Shown here piece by piece: positions 18,076 through 26,044 of a stretch of 26,083 nt of DNA. Source of the stretch: Burkholderiaceae bacterium (GTDB lineage Bacteria; Pseudomonadota; Gammaproteobacteria; Burkholderiales; Burkholderiaceae); assembly GCA_031538685.1 (NCBI GenBank), contig JAVKMA010000357.1:1-26083 (forward strand). The letters are read 5' to 3'. Each line of letters starts with the position of its first letter. Position 1 is the stretch's first letter. The notes below the pieces were generated by a model. It made no database searches and was not told the origin of the DNA. It saw only the letters and a program-made list of their open reading frames with translations. A program made the position numbers and the translations under genes.

Positions 18076-20142
18076 ATGCCTGTGTTGCAGATTGCTGAGC
18101 CTAATCAAAATAGCGTGCGAAGCGCGCTACTAAATGACGCGCAAAACGGTGCACAAAACGATGCGCAAAACGGGACGCCAAAAAGTGCGTCTGCGCCGCG
18201 TCGTTTGGTGGTTGGTATTGATCTGGGGACAACGCATTCTTTAGTGGCCACCGTGAAAAACGACATTGCGCAAATTCTGCCAGATGCGCAGGGTCGACCA
18301 CTGTTGCCCTCTGTGGTTCATTATGCGACATCGGGAACTCTGGTCGGTTACACCGCGCAAGCCTATTCTGCCAGCGACGCATTGAATACGATTGTTTCGG
18401 TTAAGCGTCTGATGGGGAAAGGTTTTGATGACGTGGCGACTTTGACGCATTTACCGTATCTGTGGGCGCGCGATGGTCAGACTGGTTCGCTTGGTCAGAT
18501 GGGTCAGATCGATGCGACATCAGATTCAAATATCAATACGAAGTCAAATATAAATCCGAAGCGAGTGATCAGCGATCACGACAGCGTGCGGATTCGCACG
18601 CGTGCGGGCGATAAAACACCGATTGAAATCTCCGCTGATATTTTGCGCGTCTTGCGCGATCGCGCCGAACAACAGTGTGGTGACACATTGCATGGCGCGG
18701 TGATTACGGTACCCGCCTATTTTGATGAAGGTCAGCGCCAAGCGACCAAAAATGCGGCGCAATTGGCCGGAATTCATGTATTGCGCTTGTTGAGTGAGCC
18801 GACCGCTGCCGCATTGGCGTATGGTTTGGATCAAGGCATGCAAGGCGTGTATGCGGTCTACGATTTGGGCGGCGGGACGTTTGATATTTCTTTATTGCGT
18901 TTATCCGACGGCGTTTTTGAAGTCGTTGCGACCGGAGGAAATGCGCAATTGGGGGGCGATGATTTTGATCATCGTCTGTATTGTTATTTGATCGAGTGCT
19001 CATCTTTAGCCCCGCCTTCACCGTCGGATGCGCGCCGTTTGATGGCAGAGGCGCGTCGTTGTAAAGAATTGTTATCAACCCATGCCGAAGTTCCCGTAAA
19101 TCTGCTACTGGACAGCGAAGAGCGAGTGCAAACGGTGTTGACGCAAACCTTATTCTGGCAGCTGACCGAAGCCTTAGTGGGCCTGACGGTACAGTCGGTC
19201 AAAGGCGTTTTGCGCGATGGAAGCTTGTCATTAAATGAAATTGACGGGGTAATTTTGGTTGGCGGTGCGACGCGGATGCCCCATGTGCGCCGCGCGGTGG
19301 AGCAGTTTTTTGGGCGGACGGCTTTATGCAGTTTAGACCCCGATCAAGTCGTTGCCTTAGGCGCGGCAAATCAGGCCGCTAAATTGGCGGGACAATTGAT
19401 GGGACAATCGGGGCGCCAAGACAATTGGTTGTTGTTAGATGTGATTCCACTGTCTTTGGGTTTGGAAACAATGGGCGGCTTGGTGGAAAAAATTATTCCA
19501 CGTAATAGTCCGATTCCCTGTGCGTACTCGCAAGAATTTACGACGTATAAAGACGGTCAAACCGCGTTGGCGCTGCATGTGGTGCAAGGCGAACGCGAGT
19601 TGGTTGCTAATTGCCGATCTTTGGCGCGGTTTGAATTGCGCGGCATTCCGCCGATGTTGGCGGGCTTGGCGCGAATTCGCGTCAGTTTTCAAGTCGATGC
19701 GGATGGTTTGTTATCGGTGAGCGCGATCGAGTCGCGATCACAAGTGAGCGCCCAAATCAGCGTCAAACCCAGTTATGGACTGAGCGCCACAGACATCAAT
19801 ACTATGTTGGCGCAAGTGCTGGATTGTGCAGAAGAGGATAAGGCGCAAAAACAATACGCCGAAGCGGCCTTAGATGCGCAAAAAATGATGGACGCGGTGA
19901 ATCGCGCGATCGAGCAAGACGCCAATTTATTATCGGTAGATGAGGATGCGGCGATTTCGCAAAGCCTCGCCCAATTGACTGAAAGTTTGCGGCTTCGTGC
20001 GGCACTACCGCAAGTGCGGGAACACATGCGCCATTTACGGCAGTGCACCGAAGCCTTTGCGCAAAGGCGGATGAATGCGCATGTGCGCAAAGCCCTGACG
20101 GGACAGCACATCGATACCGTCTCGGTGGAGTCGGCGCCGTAA
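18076..20142 (+). CDS. hscA: Fe-S cluster assembly Hsp70 chaperone HscA (with insertions)
   Basis: LQIAEP N-terminus, GIDLGTTHSLVA, VITVPAYFDEGQRQATK, YDLGGGTFDIS, LLLDVIPLSLGLETMGG, QEFTTYKDGQT, RGIPPM, FAQRRMN C-terminus typical of HscA rather than DnaK. Confidence 0.93.
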   Translation: MPVLQIAEPNQNSVRSALLNDAQNGAQNDAQNGTPKSASAPRRLVVGIDLGTTHSLVATVKNDIAQILPDAQGRPLLPSVVHYATSGTLVGYTAQAYSASDALNTIVSVKRLMGKGFDDVATLTHLPYLWARDGQTGSLGQMGQIDATSDSNINTKSNINPKRVISDHDSVRIRTRAGDKTPIEISADILRVLRDRAEQQCGDTLHGAVITVPAYFDEGQRQATKNAAQLAGIHVLRLLSEPTAAALAYGLDQGMQGVYAVYDLGGGTFDISLLRLSDGVFEVVATGGNAQLGGDDFDHRLYCYLIECSSLAPPSPSDARRLMAEARRCKELLSTHAEVPVNLLLDSEERVQTVLTQTLFWQLTEALVGLTVQSVKGVLRDGSLSLNEIDGVILVGGATRMPHVRRAVEQFFGRTALCSLDPDQVVALGAANQAAKLAGQLMGQSGRQDNWLLLDVIPLSLGLETMGGLVEKIIPRNSPIPCAYSQEFTTYKDGQTALALHVVQGERELVANCRSLARFELRGIPPMLAGLARIRVSFQVDADGLLSVSAIESRSQVSAQISVKPSYGLSATDINTMLAQVLDCAEEDKAQKQYAEAALDAQKMMDAVNRAIEQDANLLSVDEDAAISQSLAQLTESLRLRAALPQVREHMRHLRQCTEAFAQRRMNAHVRKALTGQHIDTVSVESAP
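18136..18171 (+). repeat. 12-bp tandem repeat x3 in the hscA N-terminus (DAQN-GAQN-DAQN)
   Basis: GACGCGCAAAAC GGTGCACAAAAC GATGCGCAAAAC. Confidence 0.8.
18493..18561 (+). repeat. 9-bp and 18-bp tandem duplications in an hscA insertion (GQM-GQI; SNINTK-SNINPK)
   Basis: GGTCAGATG GGTCAGATC at 18493-18510; TCAAATATCAATACGAAG TCAAATATAAATCCGAAG at 18526-18561. Confidence 0.8.
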
Positions 20143-20172
20143 ATAAGGCATCGCGTATTTTTTAATGCATTA

Positions 20173-20315
20173 GGGTACTTCTATAAATACAGAATGTGCG
20201 GATGAAGTGCGCGGCGCACAGCACACAGAAACCGGAGCGTACCTACAGTACGTGAGGATTTCGCGTACTGCGCAACAAAGCAATTCGCCGCAAAAATGAA
20301 TTGATAGAAGTGCCC
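20173..20315 (-). mobile_element. 143-bp MITE-like palindromic element, copy E (inverted relative to A-D)
   Basis: Reverse complement of the consensus with 2 differences; shares the TGTAG loop variant with copy A. Flanks ATTA/ATGA (3/4 match). Confidence 0.9.
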
Positions 20316-20337
20316 ATGAATAATTTTTTCTTTTGAT

Positions 20338-21465
20338 ATGCCTTTTGCTAAAACCTCTGCGCTGACACGACCGAGTTTTTTATTTCGGTTGCAACAGCAT
20401 TTACGCATCTTCGATCCGATTTTGTTGCTGATTTTGTTTGTGATCATGTGCTTGAGTTTGCTGACTTTGTTCTCGGCGAGCTTTGTGTTTGAAGGACGCT
20501 TTTTGGGGCATTTACGCAATTTGTCCGTCGCATTTTTGGTGATGTGGGTGGCGGCAATGGTGCCGCTGAGTTGGTGGGTGCGCTTGGCTTTGCCGCTTTT
20601 TATTGGCGGATTGTTGTTATTGTTTGGCGTGGCGGCTTTTGGTTTAATTAAAAATGGTGCGCGCCGTTGGTTGGACCTGGGTATCGTGTTACAGCCTTCA
20701 GAGATTATGAAAATTGCGGCGCCGATGATGCTGGCTGCGTTTTTTCATCGCTATGGCGACTACTTAAAACCCAGGCACTTCTTCGGTGCCTTTTTAATTC
20801 TGTTGGTGCCTTTCGCCTTGATTGTGCGTCAACCCGATTTAGGCACGGCGACTTTAGTTTTGATGTCGGGTTTTCAAGTGATTTTTTTGGCAGGCCTTTC
20901 GTGGCGCCTGATCGTCGGACTGGGCGTTGTTGGTGTCGTCAGTGCGCCTTTTGCTTGGAATTTTTTACACGGTTACCAACAGCAACGCATATTAACTTTT
21001 TTAAATCCAGAGAGTGACGCTTTAGATAAAGGCTTTCATATTATTCAATCGGTGATCGCCATTGGTTCAGGAGGCTTTATCGGCAAAGGTTGGTTAAAGG
21101 GGACGCAGACACATTTGCAATTTATTCCAGAGCGGACTACCGACTTTATTTTTGCGGCGTTCTCCGAAGAGTTTGGATTTATCGGTGCTGCGATTTTGTT
21201 GCTGATGTATTTTTTATTGATTGGTCGCGCTTTTTTTATCGCCAGTCATGCGCCGACACTGTTCTCGCGACTGTTAAGCGGCTCGATTGCGATGCAATTG
21301 TTTACCTATGTGTTTGTGAACATCGGCATGGTCATGGGGATTGTGCCGGTGGTGGGCGTGCCTTTGCCATTTATGAGTTACGGCGGTACGGCGCTGATGA
21401 CCTTAGCACTGAGCGTCGGTATTTTGATGGGAGTTAATCGCGCTCGGCATTTAATTCAGACTTAA
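20338..21465 (+). CDS. rodA: Rod shape-determining protein RodA (SEDS peptidoglycan glycosyltransferase)
   Basis: NGARRWLDLG, QPSEIMKIA, RQPDLGTA, GFHIIQSVIAIGSGG, PERTTDFIFAAFSEEFGF, VNIGMVMGIVPVVGVPLPFMSYGGT. Confidence 0.96.
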   Translation: MPFAKTSALTRPSFLFRLQQHLRIFDPILLLILFVIMCLSLLTLFSASFVFEGRFLGHLRNLSVAFLVMWVAAMVPLSWWVRLALPLFIGGLLLLFGVAAFGLIKNGARRWLDLGIVLQPSEIMKIAAPMMLAAFFHRYGDYLKPRHFFGAFLILLVPFALIVRQPDLGTATLVLMSGFQVIFLAGLSWRLIVGLGVVGVVSAPFAWNFLHGYQQQRILTFLNPESDALDKGFHIIQSVIAIGSGGFIGKGWLKGTQTHLQFIPERTTDFIFAAFSEEFGFIGAAILLLMYFLLIGRAFFIASHAPTLFSRLLSGSIAMQLFTYVFVNIGMVMGIVPVVGVPLPFMSYGGTALMTLALSVGILMGVNRARHLIQT

Positions 21466-21496
21466 AAACCGCTTCAATATTTTGATATTTTCTAAT

Positions 21497-21639
21497 GGGC
21501 ACTTCTCTCAATACAGAATGTGCGGATGAAGTGCGCGGCGCACAGCACACAGAAACCGAAACGTACATACAGTATGTGAGGATTTCGCGTACTGCGCAAC
21601 AAAGCAATTCGCCGCAAAAATGAATTGATAGAAGTGCCC
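21497..21639 (-). mobile_element. 143-bp MITE-like palindromic element, copy F (inverted relative to A-D)
   Basis: Reverse complement of the consensus with 5 differences. Flanked by direct repeats TAAT (21493-21496 and 21640-21643). Confidence 0.9.
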
Positions 21640-21671
21640 TAATGAGTTGTTTGTGAGGAAGGCTTGAGACA

Positions 21672-22538
21672 ATGAACACAAAGGTGGTTCTAGTGACCGG
21701 TGCAGCACAACGAATCGGCGCGGCGATTGCGCAGCATTGCGCTAATGCCGGATGGCGCGTCGCTCTGCACTACAACCGTTCGGCCGATGCGGCAGAACGC
21801 ACTCGGCAAAGTCTGATTACGCCCGATCAACATGACTGTTTTAGTGCCGATTTTGCAGATGAGGATTCTGATCGCGTCGCCGATAAATTGATTGATGCGG
21901 TGGTGAAAAAAATGGGCCGTATTGATGCGATCGTGAATAATGCATCACTGTTTGCGCACGACAAAGATGGTTTGGCGATTAAATCTGAAGTTAAATCTGC
22001 AACCAAATCTGCAACTGCTGCCGACGCGACGCTTGACGCAGAGCAATACTTTTATCATCCCGCGCTGATCGCCCACATGAAAGTCAATGTGAGTGTGCCG
22101 ATTTTGTTGGCGCAGACTTTGCATCGCCATTTAAGGGCCTTGGATTCAAGCGCTTCAAACACGACAGGTCGCGCTTGTGTGGTGAATTTACTGGACCAAA
22201 AATTGTGGAATCCGAATCCTGATTTTTTAAGTTACTCCTTGAGCAAAGCCGCTCTGCAATATGCGACGACGGTGTTGGCTCAAGCGTTTGCGCCGACGCT
22301 TCGAGTGTGTGCGGTCGCGCCAGGAATGAGTTTGCCCAGTACCTATCAAACCGATAACAATTTTACTCAAGCGCAACAGCATTCGCTATTGGGTTTTGCC
22401 AGCACTCCTCAAGACGTGGCCAAGGCGGTATTGTTTTTGTTAGAGACGCCTTCAGTGACCGGCAGCAGTATTTTGGTCGACGCGGGACAGCATCTGATGC
22501 CCAATCGGCGCGATGTGATGTTTTTGGCGCCGCAATGA
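21672..22538 (+). CDS. SDR-family oxidoreductase, pteridine reductase/FolM-like
   Basis: VLVTGAAQRIG, ALHYNRS, VNNASLF, YSLSK catalytic YxxxK, VCAVAPG, VTGSSILVDAGQHL. RBS-like GAGGAAGG upstream. Confidence 0.88.
   Translation: MNTKVVLVTGAAQRIGAAIAQHCANAGWRVALHYNRSADAAERTRQSLITPDQHDCFSADFADEDSDRVADKLIDAVVKKMGRIDAIVNNASLFAHDKDGLAIKSEVKSATKSATAADATLDAEQYFYHPALIAHMKVNVSVPILLAQTLHRHLRALDSSASNTTGRACVVNLLDQKLWNPNPDFLSYSLSKAALQYATTVLAQAFAPTLRVCAVAPGMSLPSTYQTDNNFTQAQQHSLLGFASTPQDVAKAVLFLLETPSVTGSSILVDAGQHLMPNRRDVMFLAPQ
21981..22016 (+). repeat. 12-bp tandem repeat x3 within the SDR gene (KSEV-KSAT-KSAT)
   Basis: AAATCTGAAGTT AAATCTGCAACC AAATCTGCAACT. Confidence 0.8.
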
Positions 22539-22565
22539 TGGTGCTCTCGCCGGCGCATTAAGCCT

Positions 22566-25500
22566 ATGGCCAGTTTTACCCCCACCCAACAAGAGTGTTT
22601 TGATGCGGCGCGAGTGCTGATAAGAGACGCCCGCTATCCCGAGGCGCGCGAAATCCTCGAAAAAATATACCAAGAAAAATCGGATCACGACGAACTTACC
22701 CATTTATTGGGGGTCGCTCGTTTCTACGATGGCGCACAAAAAGCCGGAGTTCAGTTAGTCGAAGCGGTACTCAAGCGTATTCCCAATTGGGCTGACGTGC
22801 ACTACAACTTGGGTACGATGTATCAACACATGCATACTGGTCGGGGGGGCAGCGATCTGGCGATTCGCGCATTCGCACAGGCCTACCAATTGGCCATGCG
22901 CCGAATCGATTTGTTATTGAATTACGGGATTGAACTGGCGCGCGATCATCAGTACGCCTTGAGCGAAAGTATTTTTTTTGAAGCGCTGTATCTGGCGAGT
23001 AATGATTTAGAAAAAAGCACCGCGTATAGCAGTTTGAGTTATTTGTATTTTCAGTGGGGTCAGCGAGCAGCCTTGGTGTGTGGTGAAAATGCCGTCAAAT
23101 ACGACGCGAAAGATACGACTGCGTGGATGAATTACGGCAATGCTTTAGTGATGGAGCGCCAGACCGAAAAATCAATTGAGGCTTTTGAAGCGGGCTTGGC
23201 ACTTGATGTGGCGAGTCCATCGCTGAAATTTAATTTGGGCTTGGCGTATTTGATCAAAGGCGATTTTGTTCGTGCATGGCCTTTGTATGAAGCGCGTTGG
23301 CAGGCGATTACCCCTTCGCCAATTCGGCAAGACTTAAGTGCTTCTGAATGGCGCGGCGAAGCGTGTAGCGCCGCTGAGCGCGCCCTGCCGCTACTCATTT
23401 ATTGTGAGCAAGGGTTTGGCGACACGATACAGTTCTTGCGTTTTGTTCCGATGATTGCGGCGTATTGGGGTGGCCCGGTGTGGTTAGAAGTGCAAGGTGA
23501 ATGCTTGGAGGTTTTAGCCAAACTCTGGATCGCCCGCGACTCGGTGGCGCGCGTGATTGTGCGCGGCAATTCAACTGCCGGCGCGGTGCGACAGTGTCCT
23601 TTATTGAGTTTGCCTTTGGTGGCGCAAAATATCGGATTGCCTTCTGTGCCGCCAGATGAACTGGATTTGCCGTATTTTCATGCGCCGCCGATTCAGCAAG
23701 ATGCGCAAAATATTAAAGCGCGTCCGCAAATTGCGTTAACTTGGTCGGGCAGCGCGACACACAGCCGCGACGTGTTTCGTTCCATGCCGCTGGCAAAGTT
23801 ATTGGAGGCCTTGGCGCCCTTGAGCGCGCAGTGTGATTTTGTGAGTGTGCAAAAACCGGTGCGCCCAAGTGATCAACCGGCGTGGCGTCCATGGTTAACA
23901 CCTGCGCCGGCAGATTTGAATACCTTTTATCAGACGGCGCAAATTTTGGCGGACAGTGATTTAGTGATTACCGTGGATACCGCAGTGGCACATTTGGCGG
24001 GCGCGATGGGAAAAAAAGTATTTCTGATCTTGCCCTACGCGCCTGATTGGCGCTGGGGCGATCCGACCTTGGCACCTACGCTGGCGACCCGGTCATATTG
24101 GTACCGCGAAATGGTGCTTTTTCGCGCGCCTGAAATTGGCGATTGGGATTCGACGCTTCAGTCTTTGCGCCGCGCGCTAACCGTTTTTGTCGAGGGTTTT
24201 GTCATGGCTGATCAAAAACCGCTCATGCAAACGCCTGCGCAAAAACCTGCGCAAAAACCCATCGCAACAGCAAGCACAGCAAGCGGCCTCGTGCCAAAAA
24301 CACAAAGCACGCCGCTGTATTCTCCTAAGCAAGATAAGGCGCCGCAGTATTTGAGCGAGTCCGAGACAGCAAGTGACATTTCTTTTGAAGACGCGTTAAA
24401 CCAACTTTTGACACAGGCGCAGGCGGCGATGGGGCAAAATAATTGTATTGAGGCGCTTGCAATTTTGCAACAAGGTTTGGCGCATCCATTCACCGCACAC
24501 GCAGTCAATTGGCAATTGGCGCATGGCAATATTTTGCTGTTATTGCATCGCTATGACGAAGCAGAAACCGCGCTGCATCGCGCCGTGGCCTTGCAATCCA
24601 AGGCTCAACCCGCGTGGCTGTTATTGGGCCAAGTTTTTTGGGCGCAGCGTCTTTATGCCAAAGCGCAAAATGCGTGGATGCAAGCGCAAAGCCTGGCGGC
24701 CTTGGACGACAATTTGGCGGCGCGTTTGGCGGAAGCAGCATTTTATGCACATGATTACGCTTTTGCGGCGACCCAATATGAGTTGATCTTGACGCGAAAA
24801 CATTTATTCACGCCCGAACAGTGTGCGAGGGCCTGGCAAAGTCAGGGGGTGTGTTATGCGTTTTTAAACGACCTTGACGCGGCGAAAAAATGTTATCAAA
24901 AAGCGCTCTCGATTCAACCGAATTATTCGCGCGCGCAATTTAATTTAGCCGCGGCATATTTGATTCAAGGTGATTACGCCCAAGCTTGGCCGTTGTACGA
25001 AGCGCGCCTGTTATTAGATGACGGCAAAAAAGCGCCTCTTGATCTGCCCGAATGGCGAGGCGAGCGCAACTTGGCGGGACAATGCTTGTTGATTGATGCT
25101 GAGCAAGGCTTGGGCGACGCTGTTTTTGCCGCGCGCTTCTTGAGTGTTTTATTAAAGCAGGACATCACTTTGGTGCTGTGGGTTACCGAATCGCTGCGCG
25201 AATTGTTTCATTATTTGAATATCGCCAAAGCACTGCGCGCTCGATTGCATGTGGTGACGACTTTGGAAGACGCGTTACAGTTTGTACCGGTCGCGCGTTG
25301 TCCGATGATGTCTTTGCCCTACGCGCAAAAAACGACGGAAGAGACGATTCCGGCGGCCGGCGGCTATTTGAAAATGGCCAGTTCAGTTGAGGCAATTCTG
25401 GGTAAGAAAAAATCAAGTGCACCAAAAAAACGCGCGGCCTTGATTTGGCGCGGGCGCGCTGAAAATAAAAATGATGCGATTCGTTCGATACCTTTGAGTG

Positions 25501-25922
25501 AATGGCGCGATCTTGTTGCCGCTTTACATAGCGCGCATTATGAGTGTCACTCTTTAAACCTTGACCCATCAAAGGATGAGCAGGCACTGATGACGCAGTG
25601 GGGAATGATTGACGGCACGGCGGGAGTTGATTCTGTGGCGGCAATGGCGCAAATGATTTCGGAGAGCGCCTTAGTGATTACGGTCGACACTTTGCACGCG
25701 CACCTCGCCGGTGCTTTGGGGGTGCGGACGTGGGTGTTGTTACCGCACTTTCCTGATTGGCGTTGGCAACAAAATCGCAATGATAGCCCGTGGTATCGTA
25801 GCCTGTATTTGTGGCGTCAGTCGGTTCGGGCGCAGTGGGCGCCGGTGTTTACACAAATCATCGATAGAATCAAACAGGACAGTCGCAAACCGTCCAAAGC
25901 GGGGTTGCGTAAAAAGAAATAA
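22566..25922 (+). CDS. Tandem (two-module) TPR-containing GT-B glycosyltransferase-like protein
   Basis: Two copies of TPR helices followed by (F/L)NL(G/A)xAYLIxGD(F/Y)xxAWPLYEAR, EQG(F/L)GD, LVITVDTxxAHLAGA(M/L)G and PxxPDWRW, joined by a low-complexity linker. Confidence 0.88.
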   Translation: MASFTPTQQECFDAARVLIRDARYPEAREILEKIYQEKSDHDELTHLLGVARFYDGAQKAGVQLVEAVLKRIPNWADVHYNLGTMYQHMHTGRGGSDLAIRAFAQAYQLAMRRIDLLLNYGIELARDHQYALSESIFFEALYLASNDLEKSTAYSSLSYLYFQWGQRAALVCGENAVKYDAKDTTAWMNYGNALVMERQTEKSIEAFEAGLALDVASPSLKFNLGLAYLIKGDFVRAWPLYEARWQAITPSPIRQDLSASEWRGEACSAAERALPLLIYCEQGFGDTIQFLRFVPMIAAYWGGPVWLEVQGECLEVLAKLWIARDSVARVIVRGNSTAGAVRQCPLLSLPLVAQNIGLPSVPPDELDLPYFHAPPIQQDAQNIKARPQIALTWSGSATHSRDVFRSMPLAKLLEALAPLSAQCDFVSVQKPVRPSDQPAWRPWLTPAPADLNTFYQTAQILADSDLVITVDTAVAHLAGAMGKKVFLILPYAPDWRWGDPTLAPTLATRSYWYREMVLFRAPEIGDWDSTLQSLRRALTVFVEGFVMADQKPLMQTPAQKPAQKPIATASTASGLVPKTQSTPLYSPKQDKAPQYLSESETASDISFEDALNQLLTQAQAAMGQNNCIEALAILQQGLAHPFTAHAVNWQLAHGNILLLLHRYDEAETALHRAVALQSKAQPAWLLLGQVFWAQRLYAKAQNAWMQAQSLAALDDNLAARLAEAAFYAHDYAFAATQYELILTRKHLFTPEQCARAWQSQGVCYAFLNDLDAAKKCYQKALSIQPNYSRAQFNLAAAYLIQGDYAQAWPLYEARLLLDDGKKAPLDLPEWRGERNLAGQCLLIDAEQGLGDAVFAARFLSVLLKQDITLVLWVTESLRELFHYLNIAKALRARLHVVTTLEDALQFVPVARCPMMSLPYAQKTTEETIPAAGGYLKMASSVEAILGKKKSSAPKKRAALIWRGRAENKNDAIRSIPLSEWRDLVAALHSAHYECHSLNLDPSKDEQALMTQWGMIDGTAGVDSVAAMAQMISESALVITVDTLHAHLAGALGVRTWVLLPHFPDWRWQQNRNDSPWYRSLYLWRQSVRAQWAPVFTQIIDRIKQDSRKPSKAGLRKKK
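24228..24284 (+). repeat. 12-bp x3 and 9-bp x2 tandem repeats in the linker of the TPR-glycosyltransferase
   Basis: CAAACGCCTGCG CAAAAACCTGCG CAAAAACCCATC at 24228-24263; ACAGCAAGC ACAGCAAGC at 24267-24284. Confidence 0.8.
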
Positions 25923-25977
25923 TGCGGGGTTTATTTTTTGATCGCGTCGTGTTTTTGACGTCGTCTCAATGGTTGAA

Positions 25978-26022
25978 GTATTGGTGTTGATGTATTTGTG
26001 CTGAGATAGTAGTGTTGAGATA
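25978..26022. repeat. Degenerate 14-bp period repeat x3, intergenic
   Basis: GTATTGGTGTTGAT GTATTTGTGCTGAG ATAGTAGTGTTGAG ATA. Confidence 0.55.
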
Positions 26023-26044
26023 CTCGTTTTTATAAACAGTTTTA

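Noticed and set aside
4630-21639. The repeats as a CRISPR array
   Set aside because: Copies are 143 bp, kilobases apart and separated by housekeeping genes; there are no regular spacers and no cas genes.
20173-21639. MITE E-rodA-MITE F as a composite transposon
   Set aside because: Outer flanks (ATTA, TAAT) are not a duplication. F has its own TAAT duplication and E a near-duplication, indicating independent insertions.
1968-25941. Numerous 60-150 aa ORFs overlapping the called genes, and the MITE-spanning ORFs (20181-20519, 21434-21679, 21508-21708)
   Set aside because: They are antisense or alternate-frame shadows of well-supported genes or open frames of the repeat, with no recognisable motifs.
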